From assembly GCA_040389905.1 (NCBI GenBank), contig JAZJZK010000023.1:189250-253249 (forward strand): a DNA stretch of 64,000 nt. The letters run 5' to 3'. This DNA comes from Gemmatimonadota bacterium. GTDB taxonomy: Bacteria; Gemmatimonadota; Gemmatimonadetes; Gemmatimonadales; Gemmatimonadaceae. Numbering within the stretch: the first letter of the stretch is position 1; each line of letters begins with the position of its first letter. The notes below the pieces were generated by a model that saw nothing but the letters and a program-made list of their open reading frames with translations, made no database searches and was not told the origin of the DNA. Position numbers and translations under genes: made by a program. Positions 46,700-56,990 of this stretch are shown one piece after another.

Positions 46700-48898
46700 C
46701 TAGGGCTCGAACGCCCCAAGCGCCGGCACCGCCACCACCTTGCGCAGCTTCCACTGGTTCGCGCCGATGTACTCGAAGAGCGGCGCGTTCCCCGTCTTGA
46801 TCACTTCCGCGTCCAGTGCCGTACCCTGGCCGATCAAGACCGACGACCCAAGCAGATGAAAATCATTCTGCCCCGCATTCACGAAGCCCGGCGTGTTCGC
46901 CGCATTCGAGAACATGCTGGATACTCCAGTACCGTCGAACGCCGGCCCGACATTCAGCACACTGTTGCCGCTGTGATTCCCCGGCTCGATCGGCAACCAG
47001 CCGGCTGACATCCAGTTCGCGCTGAAATCCGCATACCCGTAGTTGTAGAACAACGCGAACGGCGTCGCCTTCTTCCCCGGCGTGAGCGACGTCGCCCAGA
47101 ATGCATTGTTCCGCGCCTGCACCACCGGGTGGGTTCCCGAGTTCAACACGCTGAACAACACGGCGGAACTGTACTGCCACGGCGTCCAGTCGAACTGTGA
47201 GATGACGGTATTCTGATAGAAGTAGACCGTGCCGCCGCGGACGTTGCCGTACGAGTAAGGGCCGTCGCCGAATGCCACCAGCGACTTGGTCCACGAGATC
47301 GGAAAGTCGGGCCGGTCGCGCATCACCAGCACATTGCCATAGATGTACGCCGCATTCACCAGCAGGTTGCCCCACGCATCCTTCGCCTGCCGCTCCCAGT
47401 TCGCATTCGATTGCGGGTCCTGTAGCGCGATCTCATAGACGCCGCCCGCGATCCAATTGTACCGGAACGTGATCCCCGCCGAGCGATCCTTGATGTTGTC
47501 GCCGTAGCTGCCGCTCGCGATCTGTCCGAAGTGGTTGAACTGGTAAACCGTGCCGATCCCCTCCGTATACGCATTGTGTTCGTGCGCGTCGCCGACGACG
47601 CCATTGTCATGGACCGAATTGCCCTCGACGAGCAGGTAGCGCGACTGCCCCGCCTCGTCGTACTTCGAGTTCTGAAAAATGCCAATGCCGTTATCATGAA
47701 TGTGGCAATTCCGGATCGCCACATTCTCCGCGCGCTCGATGTAGATGCCACTGGCGAAATCGTCCCACGCGACGGACTGGCCGGAGAGCTTCGTGTGGTT
47801 GTAGATCTTGCTGCTATTGCGAATCTCGAGGTTCGCGATCTCCAGATATCCGGGCTTGTAACCGTACGTGTACCCGACCGGTGGCGACACCACGATCATC
47901 CCGAGTCCGTCGAACACCTGGTTGATGAATGGCGTCCCCGCTTTGATCGTCGCACCGTTGCCATCGAGAATCGGCAACTCGCCATTGGGACCCGGCATGC
48001 CGACGATTCGGATGTACTTGTGCGCCGCACCGCGATTCGAGAGGAAGATGACGTCGCGATACGGTGTCGCCTGATAGAAAATCCGCACGTTGTCGCAGGG
48101 CAGCAGTGACTGCCACGGAACGCCCGCTGGCGTCGCGTACGTCTTCCCTGGTCCGACATCATAGGTCTTGCCAGTCGCACCACATGCGGCCTGATCGACC
48201 GGCGTCGGCACATAGTCCCACGCACGCGGCGCTTCGATCGTGGCCCACAAGCCACTGGGCGGCGGCGGTGGCGGCGGTGTCGCGGCGCCTGGAACCGGTT
48301 GCAACAGGTTGCGAATCACCATGATGTTCGCGCCCGCCTTCGTGGCGAGATCGAGCTTCGATGCCGCATTCGCAGCGAGCTTCGCCTGTGCCAACTGACT
48401 CGTCGCGGTCGCGGCCAGCGAGGTGGGAAGCGTGACGTTCGTGCCCTTCGACTTCCAATAGGTGATCCGATTCTGTGCATCGGCGAGCGCGGCATCCACA
48501 GCGACGACCGTCGCATCCGCGATCGGTGTGCCGAGCGCGCCAAGCGAGACGGCGATCTGGAAGGTCCGAAGGGCCAATCGGGCTGCGGCGGAGGCAGCTT
48601 GGTCTCCGGCAGCTTCCGCCGCGACGGCGATGGCATTGAGCGAATCCTTTTGCGCCATGACCTTCATGACCGAATCCGCGCCAAAGGTGAGATAGATCTT
48701 CTCGGTCGCCTTCCGGTACACACTATCGAGAACGATGGGGCCGAGCGGTGGAACGGCGTCGAGCGACGGCGCAGTGGGCGCTAGCTGAATCGCAGGGGCA
48801 CTGATGCTGTCCGGGGGCGCGCAGCCGGCGGTCAGAACGAGCGCCGCCGCACTGGCAGCAAGAGCAATGAGTGCGAGCATCCTATTCGGTGAGCGCAT
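46700..48898 (-). CDS. Lipoprotein with right-handed parallel beta-helix (pectate-lyase-like) domain
   Basis: TAGC lipobox, Ala-rich helical region, poly-Pro linker, TYDVGPGK, IRNCHIHDNGIG, HEHNAY, KDRSAG, DFHL..SS..IG.G, GAFE. Confidence 0.82.
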   Translation of the reverse strand: MRSPNRMLALIALAASAAALVLTAGCAPPDSISAPAIQLAPTAPSLDAVPPLGPIVLDSVYRKATEKIYLTFGADSVMKVMAQKDSLNAIAVAAEAAGDQAASAAARLALRTFQIAVSLGALGTPIADATVVAVDAALADAQNRITYWKSKGTNVTLPTSLAATATSQLAQAKLAANAASKLDLATKAGANIMVIRNLLQPVPGAATPPPPPPPSGLWATIEAPRAWDYVPTPVDQAACGATGKTYDVGPGKTYATPAGVPWQSLLPCDNVRIFYQATPYRDVIFLSNRGAAHKYIRIVGMPGPNGELPILDGNGATIKAGTPFINQVFDGLGMIVVSPPVGYTYGYKPGYLEIANLEIRNSSKIYNHTKLSGQSVAWDDFASGIYIERAENVAIRNCHIHDNGIGIFQNSKYDEAGQSRYLLVEGNSVHDNGVVGDAHEHNAYTEGIGTVYQFNHFGQIASGSYGDNIKDRSAGITFRYNWIAGGVYEIALQDPQSNANWERQAKDAWGNLLVNAAYIYGNVLVMRDRPDFPISWTKSLVAFGDGPYSYGNVRGGTVYFYQNTVISQFDWTPWQYSSAVLFSVLNSGTHPVVQARNNAFWATSLTPGKKATPFALFYNYGYADFSANWMSAGWLPIEPGNHSGNSVLNVGPAFDGTGVSSMFSNAANTPGFVNAGQNDFHLLGSSVLIGQGTALDAEVIKTGNAPLFEYIGANQWKLRKVVAVPALGAFEP

Positions 48899-48954
48899 TG
48901 GAGCCTCGGGGCGGTGTGGGTTGCACGCACCGTAGTCCACACCGGTGTTTCAGC

Positions 48955-48984
48955 CGTCGCCTGAGCGTGAGTTCGCCGTGAGTT
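48955..48984. promoter_or_regulatory. Candidate SARP/OmpR-type wHTH binding site
   Basis: CGTGAGTT at 48966 and 48977 (11-bp period), partial CGT at 48955, in the divergent intergenic gap. Confidence 0.45.
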
Positions 48985-49075
48985 GACGCCCCTACCGCGC
49001 CAAAACCGACAAGCGTGTGACCTGCGTCACCGTTCCGTGTGCCGTCTGGCGCGATGCTCGAGCGAAGGCGTAAGC

Positions 49076-52000
49076 TTGACCACCTCCACCACGTCCCTTC
49101 ACCCCGCCGCTGTGCTCGCCCGAGACGCAGAAGCCGTTCGCTACCACCTTCGCGTCTTCGGCTCGCCGGACCTCCGTGCCTCCGACGGACGCGTACTGGA
49201 CGTCATTCTGGCGGGCAACAAGCGACTGGCACTGCTCACCTACCTCGCAGTGGCGCACCCCGGCGGCTTCGCCAGGCGCGATACGTTGCTTGCGCTGCTC
49301 TGGCCGGATGCGACGGTCGACAAAGCCCGTCAGAATCTTCGATCGATGCTCTATGTCCTCCGGACGGAGCTCGGCGAGGGCATCGTGCTGAGTCGTGGCG
49401 CTGACGAGGTCGGCGTCGCTCGCGAGTATCTCCAGTGCGATGTGATCGCGTTCGATGAGGCACGCGCCGGCGGCCGACTCGAGGAGGCGGTGGCGCTCTA
49501 CCGCGGGGATCTGCTCACCGGTTTCTACGTCGATCAGGCACCGGAGTTCGAACGGTGGCTTGAAGACCGACGAGCCGCGCTTCGCCGACACGCAGCCGAC
49601 ACCCACTGGGCATTGGCGGATCGCTGGGCAGCACGTGAAAATCGCGCGGCGGCGGAATCGCACGCTCGCCAGGCGGTCGCGCTGACTCCGGCGGATGAAA
49701 TGGCGATGCGCCGCCTGATGACCATGTTGAGCTCACTGGGCGACTCGGGAGCGGCGCTCGACGCATACCATGCATTCGTCACCATGCTGGCGTCGGATTA
49801 TGACGCGCGACCCTCACCGGAGACCTCAGCGCTCGCAGCCCAGATTCGTGGCGGTGATCCGGCCGTCGTGCGTGCGAAGACACCAGCGACTTCGCACGCG
49901 TCCGCGCCACGAGTATCTGCCGAGGTCCGCCGCTCATCGCCACGCTCGCTCCTTCGCACGACGACCAGTCGCCTCGCCCTCCCGGAACTCCGTGGGCGCC
50001 GAGCGGTCCTCTCTCTCGTGGTGGCGGCCACGATCTTGGCGATCGGCGGTGTTTTCTTCTTCCGTCCTCAACAGAATTCGGTCGTGGCGGCGGAGACGAG
50101 CGATCGCGTCGTCGTTCTCCCATTTCGTGTGTTTGGCGCAACCGACCTGAACGTGCTATCGGTCGGGCTCGTGGACATGATGGTGCCCCTACTGTCGAGC
50201 GAGGGAGGACCGCGCGCCGTCGACCCACGTACCGTCGCCGCGACGCTAACGGCTCCCGATCACCCGAGTGATTCGGCCGTGGCTCGGCGGCTCGGAGCCC
50301 GCTATCTGATGACCGGATCGGTCACCAGTTCGAACAGCGGTCTCACGATTGCTGCCTTGGTGACGGAGGCGGCAACCGGTCGCATCATCGGCCGAGCACA
50401 CGCGCAGGGCGGGCGAGACAGTATCGCGACGATGGTGGAGCAGATTGCGGCGAGGCTGCTGCTCGATGCCATGCCCGCGGCGACGCACGTCAGCGGCCGT
50501 TGGAAGGCACCACCTCCCTTCGAGGCGGTGCGCGCGTTTCTCGCCGGGCGAGCGGCGTATCGCCGAGGAGGCTATGAGAACGCGCGCGATCAATATGAGC
50601 GCGCACTCCTGCTCGATTCGGGGTTCGTGCTGCCAGCGTTCGGGCTTGCTGAACTGACGGGCTACATCCCCTTCGATCCGCACAATGCGATATCGATGGG
50701 AAAGCGGCTCGCGTGGAAGAATGCACACCTCCTGACCGATCGCGATCGCGCGTATCTCGCCGCGATCGTCGGTCCGCGCTATCCATCGCCTTCCCCTCCC
50801 GCGGAGTTGGCCGAAGCGCGCGAACGCGCCGTCGAGCTCAATCCCGAACGTGCGGACGCCTGGTTTCTGCTCGGCGAGCACTACCTGCATGCCGGCGCAT
50901 TCCTTGGTGACTCGGCAATCAATCGCGCCGAGTCAGCCTTCCGGCGCGCACTCGAGAGGGACTCTCTCTACGCCGCGCCACTGGAGAGCGCGATGGAACT
51001 CGCCTTCCTTCGCGGCGACGCGCAACTCGGGATGACGCTCGCGCGTCGGTTCATCGGCCTGCATCCCGATGCCGACGTGACTGACTATGTCCATTGGCGC
51101 ATTGCGCTCGAGTCGGACGCGACGGCCGCACTCGACCACGAGCGGAAGCGCTTCACGCGCTACAATCGGCTGGCGCTGCATCGAGTATCTGCGGCCGTCC
51201 AGACACCGCGAGCGCCGATCGTTGACGCGGAGCTCGCCGCGAAAGCGCTGGTCGAGGCTGCGGCCACCGTGCACGAGCGCGTCTCCGGCTACTTCACCAT
51301 TCGCGACGTCGCCCTTATTGCGGGTAAACCGACCGTCTCGACGACGTATACGCGGCTCATCGCACAGGAGGCTCCCTCGCAACAGGAGCGGCTCGACGCG
51401 CTCTACGGACTGATTGCCGACGCGGACCTCGCGAGTGGAGAGGCGGCGGTCGCGGACTCGCTCCGCCGCGCGTACGCGCGCACGACACCTGCGGAACTCA
51501 AGGCGGTGGACAACGGCACCCGGTGGCCGATGCGCAATCTCTGCTTCATGCTGCACTGGGACTTGGGGCACGAAGACTACGACGCGGCGCGCCGGGATAT
51601 CGCCGAACTGCGGAGTCGCAGCAGGGATGCGTCTGCTGCGCGGGCACCGATCGACCAACGACGCGCGCGCGTGGAGTTAGCCGAGAGCTGTCGCGCACTG
51701 GGGTTGATCGCGCTCGCTCGTGTCGCCGACCCGAATAGCGAGAGCGCGCTCAGGGATCTTCGTGTCCTCGAATCACAATCCCGTTCGAGTCCGATCATGC
51801 ACGGATGGATCAATCTCTGGCTCGCGCACCAACTCGAACGCGCGGGCGACATCGAGGCCGCTCGGCACCTGGTCGCACAGCGGCTGTTCATCGAGAACTC
51901 GCATGTGCTGCCGGGCTACCAGACGTACCTGTACGACGAGGCGCGACTTGCGGCGCGCGCGCATGACTGCGCGGCGGCCCGCCGAGCGATGCACACGCTA

Positions 52001-52105
52001 CTCACCCTGCAGGCCGACGCCGAGCGGCGCGTTCGCGAACGCGATCGAGCGCTGGCGGCTCTCGTGGGGCGGTGTACCCAAGTCGCCAGCGGCGGCGCCG
52101 AGTAA
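49076..52105 (+). CDS. SARP/BTAD transcriptional activator with TM, TolB-N-like and TPR regions
   Basis: LALLTYLA, RRDTLLALLWP, CDV..F, LYRGDLL.GF, FERW, PSPET; TM segment, VVVLPF, TPR-like repeats; start uncertain. Confidence 0.88.
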   Translation: MTTSTTSLHPAAVLARDAEAVRYHLRVFGSPDLRASDGRVLDVILAGNKRLALLTYLAVAHPGGFARRDTLLALLWPDATVDKARQNLRSMLYVLRTELGEGIVLSRGADEVGVAREYLQCDVIAFDEARAGGRLEEAVALYRGDLLTGFYVDQAPEFERWLEDRRAALRRHAADTHWALADRWAARENRAAAESHARQAVALTPADEMAMRRLMTMLSSLGDSGAALDAYHAFVTMLASDYDARPSPETSALAAQIRGGDPAVVRAKTPATSHASAPRVSAEVRRSSPRSLLRTTTSRLALPELRGRRAVLSLVVAATILAIGGVFFFRPQQNSVVAAETSDRVVVLPFRVFGATDLNVLSVGLVDMMVPLLSSEGGPRAVDPRTVAATLTAPDHPSDSAVARRLGARYLMTGSVTSSNSGLTIAALVTEAATGRIIGRAHAQGGRDSIATMVEQIAARLLLDAMPAATHVSGRWKAPPPFEAVRAFLAGRAAYRRGGYENARDQYERALLLDSGFVLPAFGLAELTGYIPFDPHNAISMGKRLAWKNAHLLTDRDRAYLAAIVGPRYPSPSPPAELAEARERAVELNPERADAWFLLGEHYLHAGAFLGDSAINRAESAFRRALERDSLYAAPLESAMELAFLRGDAQLGMTLARRFIGLHPDADVTDYVHWRIALESDATAALDHERKRFTRYNRLALHRVSAAVQTPRAPIVDAELAAKALVEAAATVHERVSGYFTIRDVALIAGKPTVSTTYTRLIAQEAPSQQERLDALYGLIADADLASGEAAVADSLRRAYARTTPAELKAVDNGTRWPMRNLCFMLHWDLGHEDYDAARRDIAELRSRSRDASAARAPIDQRRARVELAESCRALGLIALARVADPNSESALRDLRVLESQSRSSPIMHGWINLWLAHQLERAGDIEAARHLVAQRLFIENSHVLPGYQTYLYDEARLAARAHDCAAARRAMHTLLTLQADAERRVRERDRALAALVGRCTQVASGGAE

Positions 52106-52111
52106 TTATCG

Positions 52112-52277
52112 CGCCGGCACATTGAACGCGGATTGAGCGGATCCAGGAAAACGAAAAAATGATCAAAAGCGTCTTCTTTGAAGAGCCGCCACGACGAGTT
52201 GGTTCTGTTGCGCCTCATCGAAGCAATCAGTGTTTTGCCGTTAAGAATCCGCCCAATCCGCGTTCAATGTGCCGGCG
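52112..52277. repeat. MITE-like element with 31-bp terminal inverted repeats (family C)
   Basis: 52112-52142 vs 52247-52277, 1 mismatch; 104-nt AT-richer interior; between convergent genes. Confidence 0.85.
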
Positions 52278-52298
52278 ATAGGATCGCCCTTTGGCAGC

Positions 52299-53003
52299 TC
52301 AGACGGGGTCGACCGCCCCGTGCGCCGCGTTGTCTTTGCCGCGCGGGAGGAAGAGCTTGTCGTACAACAGCGCCGCGGCGATCCCACCCAGCAGCGGTCC
52401 GACCCAGTACACGACGTGGCCCTCGAAGTAGCCTGAGGCGACCGCTGGGCCGAATGAGCGCGCCGGGTTCATCGACGCGCCGGTGCGGGATCCGATGGCG
52501 AGAATGTCTGCCGTCACGGTAAGGCCGATCGCGAATCCGCCGACCTTTGGCGCCGCGGGATCGACCGCGGTTCCAAACACGACGAAGACCAGGAAGAAGG
52601 TCGCGATCGCTTCGCACGCGATGGCCTGCACCATCGAGATATCACCGGACACCGACTGGCCGCCGAGGTGTGCAGCAACGCCGACCGCCGTCGGAAACAC
52701 GAACTTGAGGGCGTACGCCGCAGAGACAGCGCCGAGGATCTGCCCGACGATGTAGATCGCCGCCATCATCGGCTCGATGCGGTTGGTGACCAGGAAGCCG
52801 ATGGTCACCGCGGGATTCAGATGTCCCGAGATTCGCATCGTCGCCGTCACCATGATCGAGAGGATCAGCCCGTGGGCGATCGCCGCGATGAGCAGCGGAT
52901 TGAGGTTCCACAACGACGACGACATGATCGCCGCGCCGCCGACGAAGACGAGGGCAAAGATGCCGATGAACTCAGCGGTGAAGTGACGCCAGCTGTCGCG
53001 CAT
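52299..53003 (-). CDS. MIP/aquaporin family channel
   Basis: AEFIG, SGHLNPAVT and GASMNPARSFGP (two NPA motifs). Confidence 0.93.
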   Translation of the reverse strand: MRDSWRHFTAEFIGIFALVFVGGAAIMSSSLWNLNPLLIAAIAHGLILSIMVTATMRISGHLNPAVTIGFLVTNRIEPMMAAIYIVGQILGAVSAAYALKFVFPTAVGVAAHLGGQSVSGDISMVQAIACEAIATFFLVFVVFGTAVDPAAPKVGGFAIGLTVTADILAIGSRTGASMNPARSFGPAVASGYFEGHVVYWVGPLLGGIAAALLYDKLFLPRGKDNAAHGAVDPV

Positions 53004-53085
53004 GATGGGGCTCGTGTTGGGTGTGGCGCGCCGCACGGGTGGAGGTGGGCGCATCACCAAGCATAGTGACCCACCAAAGATCGCG

Positions 53086-54336
53086 TCAGACCCCGTCGTG
53101 CCGTTTGAGGACGACGGCGGCGTTGATGCCGCCGAAGCCGAAGCTGTTGCTCAGCGCGTATTCGACGTCCGCATCCCTGCCGTGCAACGGGATGTAGTCG
53201 AGGTCGCATCCCTCGGCGGGCGCCTGATGATTGAGTGTAGGGGGCAGCCACTTGTTGTCGAGCGCCAGCGCGGTGATTGCGAGTTCCATGGCGCCGGACG
53301 CGCCCAGCGCATGGCCGTAATACCCCTTGGTGCTGCTCACCTGAAGCTTCCGCGCATGCTCGCCGAACGTCTGCTTCAGCGCCAGCGTCTCCGTGGGGTC
53401 GTTGAGCGGCGTCGAACTGCCGTGCGCGTTGATGTATCCAACGTCCGTCCCCACGATGCCGGCGTCAGACATGGCGAGACGCATCGAGCGGGCAGCCTGC
53501 GTGCCGTCAGGGCGGGGCGCTGTCATGTGGTGCGCGTCATTCGAGCTGCCGAATCCGGTGATCTCGGCGTAGATGTGTGCGCCGCGCGCCATTGCACGGT
53601 CGAGTTCCTCGAGGATCAGCACCGCAGCCCCTTCGCCCATGACGAAACCGTCGCGATCCTTATCGAATGGTCGCGACGCCGAGACGGGGTCGTCGTTCCG
53701 CGTGGACATCGCGCGGATGATCGAGAATGCGCCGAAGCAGAGCGGCGCGAGTGGCGCCTCCGACGCGCCGGCGAACATCATGTCGGCGTATCCGTCTCGA
53801 ATGGCCCGGAACGCTTCGCCCACGGCGATCGTGCCCGACGCGCAGCTCATGGCATTGGTGCTGTTCGGCCCCTGCGCGCCCAACTCGATGGCGATATTGC
53901 AGCTCGCGGCGCCGGCGAAGACGTTGAGTGCAAGCGAGGGGTCGAGTCCACGTACTCCTTCATCGAGGAAGATGCGCAGTTGGTCCTCGGCAAACCGAAT
54001 TCCGCCGAGCGCGCTGCCCATCTTGGCTCCGATCCGTTCCCGATTCTCCGCCGCGAGATCAAGGCCGGAATCGGCGAGCGCCATGCGACCGGCCGCGACG
54101 GAAAACGAGCCGAAACGATCGAGGCGCCGTGCTTTCTTTGCCTCGATGAAATCGAGGACGTTGAAATCGTCGACCTGTGCCGCATTGTGGCTGCGCCAGA
54201 TCGATGGGTCGAAGCGGGTGAGAGTCGTGACCGCCGATTTTTCCCGGCGCAACCCATCCCAGAGCCCCTGGCGCCCCAACCCGATGGGAGTAATGGCCCC
54301 AATCCCGGTAACTGCAACACGTCGCCGTTCGTACAC
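53086..54336 (-). CDS. Beta-ketoacyl-ACP synthase (FabF/KS-alpha-like)
   Basis: Catalytic Cys (AMSCASG), His (INAHGSST) and His (GHALGASG); SNSFGFGG. Confidence 0.92.
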   Translation of the reverse strand: MYERRRVAVTGIGAITPIGLGRQGLWDGLRREKSAVTTLTRFDPSIWRSHNAAQVDDFNVLDFIEAKKARRLDRFGSFSVAAGRMALADSGLDLAAENRERIGAKMGSALGGIRFAEDQLRIFLDEGVRGLDPSLALNVFAGAASCNIAIELGAQGPNSTNAMSCASGTIAVGEAFRAIRDGYADMMFAGASEAPLAPLCFGAFSIIRAMSTRNDDPVSASRPFDKDRDGFVMGEGAAVLILEELDRAMARGAHIYAEITGFGSSNDAHHMTAPRPDGTQAARSMRLAMSDAGIVGTDVGYINAHGSSTPLNDPTETLALKQTFGEHARKLQVSSTKGYYGHALGASGAMELAITALALDNKWLPPTLNHQAPAEGCDLDYIPLHGRDADVEYALSNSFGFGGINAAVVLKRHDGV

Positions 54337-54351
54337 TCCAACCTCGCTTGG

Positions 54352-54885
54352 TTAATTCCCCGCGCCAATCGCCATGCGTTCAGCATGCGCGGCTAGGCCA
54401 GACAGGGTGCGACTCGCGATACCATGCACGAACACCGGCCCGATCACGAGCGTCGCCGCAGACGTTCCGACGACCGGTACCGACGGGCCGGCCCACATGT
54501 GCACGATGCGCACGTGACAGCCGGCAGGCGTCTCACGGAAGCTCCATTCGACCTCCATGCCGCGTGTCACGCCGTCGATATGTGCAAATCGGATGCTTGG
54601 CGTTGGCCCGGCACCGAGCACCTGCATTTTCGACTGCCACCAGGTGGGCCACTGCACGAGGCCGAAGGGCCGGTTCGCGCTCATGTCCACAATGCCACCG
54701 CCGTCACGCCGACGCTCGACGAAGCGGACGAACTTGTAATGCTTGAGCAGGGCCGGCCACCGCTCGACATCCTTGGCCAGCGCGAACATCGTGTGCAATG
54801 GCGATCGCACCTCCTGCTCATCCACGGTCGTCATCTCGGCCTTGGCGGGCATTGGGCCCAGGTCCAGCGGCGCTAGGTCGGTCAT
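54352..54885 (-). CDS. SRPBCC / polyketide cyclase-dehydrase family protein
   Basis: FALAKDVERWP, PTWWQS, RFAHIDG.TRGMEVEW. Confidence 0.8.
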   Translation of the reverse strand: MTDLAPLDLGPMPAKAEMTTVDEQEVRSPLHTMFALAKDVERWPALLKHYKFVRFVERRRDGGGIVDMSANRPFGLVQWPTWWQSKMQVLGAGPTPSIRFAHIDGVTRGMEVEWSFRETPAGCHVRIVHMWAGPSVPVVGTSAATLVIGPVFVHGIASRTLSGLAAHAERMAIGAGN

Positions 54886-55571
54886 CGGGATGGGGTCCAG
54901 GTAGCGGTGAGTCGGTATCCGAGGTGACGGCGGACGGCGGCGTCTTCTCCGGTCGCATGCAGCACGGATGCCTGCAGTTCACGCACCGTGAAGCCGCGCA
55001 GCACAGACACCATTCCATCATGGCGACTGACCGCGTGAAAGCCAAGGAGCCACGTAACGAGCCAGAATCCGCCAGCCGCGAACCAGCTACGGCGGAGGTC
55101 GCTTACGACCACGGCATGTCGTGCCACACGATGGAGTTCTCGCAATACGACAGCAAGCTCGGCGTCCTCGAAGTGGTGGAGAACCTGTGAGCAGATCACG
55201 ACGTCAACACTGGAATCACCGAAGGGCAGCATCCGCGCATCGCCACACGCGCAGCCGTCGAGCGACCGGGAGGTAAGCTTCGCCAGCGAAGCCGCTTCGT
55301 CGACGCCAAAGGTCGCGAGCTGAACCCCGTGCCTGCGCGCCAGCAATCGAGCCCGGATGGGGATATCCGCGAGCCCGGTCCCAACGTCCAGAAGCGACGC
55401 CGTATTCCCGAGACGGGGCATGAGACAAACGAGTTCCGAGAGCACGGCGTTCGCGCCGCCAAGAAGCGTGTTCGACCGGCGGACGTCACGCAGCGAACGC
55501 TCGCGGAGCGCCGGATCGGTATCGGGATCGTCGAGATGCTCGAACCCGCGGCGACGCATCGGAGTGAACAC
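54882..55571 (-). CDS. Class I SAM-dependent methyltransferase
   Basis: EHLDDP, LLDVGTG, GDARMLPF, VLHHF, SDLRR, HDG..SVLRGF; ATGA overlap with the cyclase. Confidence 0.88.
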   Translation of the reverse strand: MFTPMRRRGFEHLDDPDTDPALRERSLRDVRRSNTLLGGANAVLSELVCLMPRLGNTASLLDVGTGLADIPIRARLLARRHGVQLATFGVDEAASLAKLTSRSLDGCACGDARMLPFGDSSVDVVICSQVLHHFEDAELAVVLRELHRVARHAVVVSDLRRSWFAAGGFWLVTWLLGFHAVSRHDGMVSVLRGFTVRELQASVLHATGEDAAVRRHLGYRLTATWTPSR

Positions 55572-55577
55572 GGCTGC

Positions 55578-56057
55578 CTACCGCTCCAGCTGCGCATATC
55601 CGCCACGATAGTAGAGCAGGGGCCTCGCGTCCCGCGCCGTCGCGCGCTCTACCTCGCCGACGAACATCGTGTGATCACCAATCTCGTGACGCTCGACCAC
55701 ACGGCACTCGAGGTGCGCCAGCGCGTCATCGAGCAGGACGACGCCGTTTTCGGCGCGGGAATAGCCAAGACCCTCGAAGCGATGCATGGATTCGAGTTGC
55801 GCAAAACGCCGCGAGAGCGCCTCCTGCTCCGCCGCGAGCACGTTGATGCCGATGTGCGTGGCGTCGAGGAGCGCGCCATACACGGACGCCGCGTGATCGA
55901 CACACACCTGCACGAGCGGCGGATGAAGGCTCACCGAACAGAAGGCGCTCACGGTCATGCCAACGTCGCGCCCAGCCGCGTCGACCGAGGTGACGACGGT
56001 GATGCCCGACGCGAATCGGCCCAGCACACTGCGAAAGGAATCCTGATCGATAGCCAT
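55578..56057 (-). CDS. Flavin reductase family protein
   Basis: FRSVLGRFASGITVVT, SVSLHPPLV, GDHTMFVG, PLLYYRG. Confidence 0.92.
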   Translation of the reverse strand: MAIDQDSFRSVLGRFASGITVVTSVDAAGRDVGMTVSAFCSVSLHPPLVQVCVDHAASVYGALLDATHIGINVLAAEQEALSRRFAQLESMHRFEGLGYSRAENGVVLLDDALAHLECRVVERHEIGDHTMFVGEVERATARDARPLLYYRGGYAQLER

Positions 56058-56201
56058 TTCGGGAGCCACTCGGCCGATGTGAGAGATTTGAAAGAGATTG
56101 GGTAGAACGCCGCGGCGCAACGGTTTCGCTGTGACGGCGCACGCATGTTTGAGGTGCTGCACTGCGTGGTGTCCTTCCTTTCTCGAGCCAACCGGAGCGT
56201 C

Positions 56202-56990
56202 GTGCCGACCGACCGATACCGAACCGACAAGGTGGGCCGTCGCGACGCGATCCGCATGCTCGCGTCGGCGTGTGGCGCGCTCGCCCTCTCGGCGTGCGCC
56301 GCAGATGCCACCGCTCCACGCGAAATCCGAAGCGGTGCCCGGCTTCTCTCGCGTCCATCGTCTCCGGAGCTCTCGTCCATTTCCGGCCTCCATCCGCTGG
56401 GGCTCGGCAAGGAGCGCGATGGCCTCATCTACGGTCCTCCGACGTACAAGGCCGGTTCACGCGTGCCCCTGCTGCTGTTGCTGCACGGTGCGGGACAAAG
56501 CGCGGACAACCTGATGGAGCCATATCTCATCGAGAAACTGGCCACGGGCGCCGTACTTGTGGCACCAAACTCACGTGGGCAAACATGGGATGCAATCGGC
56601 GACGGGTTCGGTCCAGACGCGGATTTCATCGATGCATCGCTGGCGCTCGCCTTCTCGCGTTTTACGATCGATCCGGCGCGCATCTCCGTTGTCGGTTTCT
56701 CGGATGGCGCGACCTACTCGATCGGACTGGGATGCGCCAACGGCGACGTCTTCTCGAGGATCGTGGCACATTCGCCGGGTTACAGACTGAAGGTCACGCC
56801 GGTCGCAAAACCTCCCATGTTCATCACGCACGGCACACTCGATTTCGTGTTGCCGATCGACGTGTCGAGCCGAGTCATCGTCCCGCAACTGCGCGCGGAA
56901 GGCTATGACGTCACCTACAAGGAGTTCGAAGGCGGACATGGCGTGACGCCGGAGCTGCTGCGCGAGACCTCGGCCTGGGCCATCGCATGA
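56202..56990 (+). CDS. Tat-exported alpha/beta hydrolase (phospholipase/carboxylesterase)
   Basis: GRRDAI twin-Arg, LSAC, LLHGAG, GFSDG, HG..D, GGH; start uncertain. Confidence 0.85.
   Translation: MPTDRYRTDKVGRRDAIRMLASACGALALSACAADATAPREIRSGARLLSRPSSPELSSISGLHPLGLGKERDGLIYGPPTYKAGSRVPLLLLLHGAGQSADNLMEPYLIEKLATGAVLVAPNSRGQTWDAIGDGFGPDADFIDASLALAFSRFTIDPARISVVGFSDGATYSIGLGCANGDVFSRIVAHSPGYRLKVTPVAKPPMFITHGTLDFVLPIDVSSRVIVPQLRAEGYDVTYKEFEGGHGVTPELLRETSAWAIA

Noticed and set aside
53002..54396. 464-aa plus-strand ORF
   Set aside because: Antisense shadow of the ketosynthase, typical of high-GC codon bias
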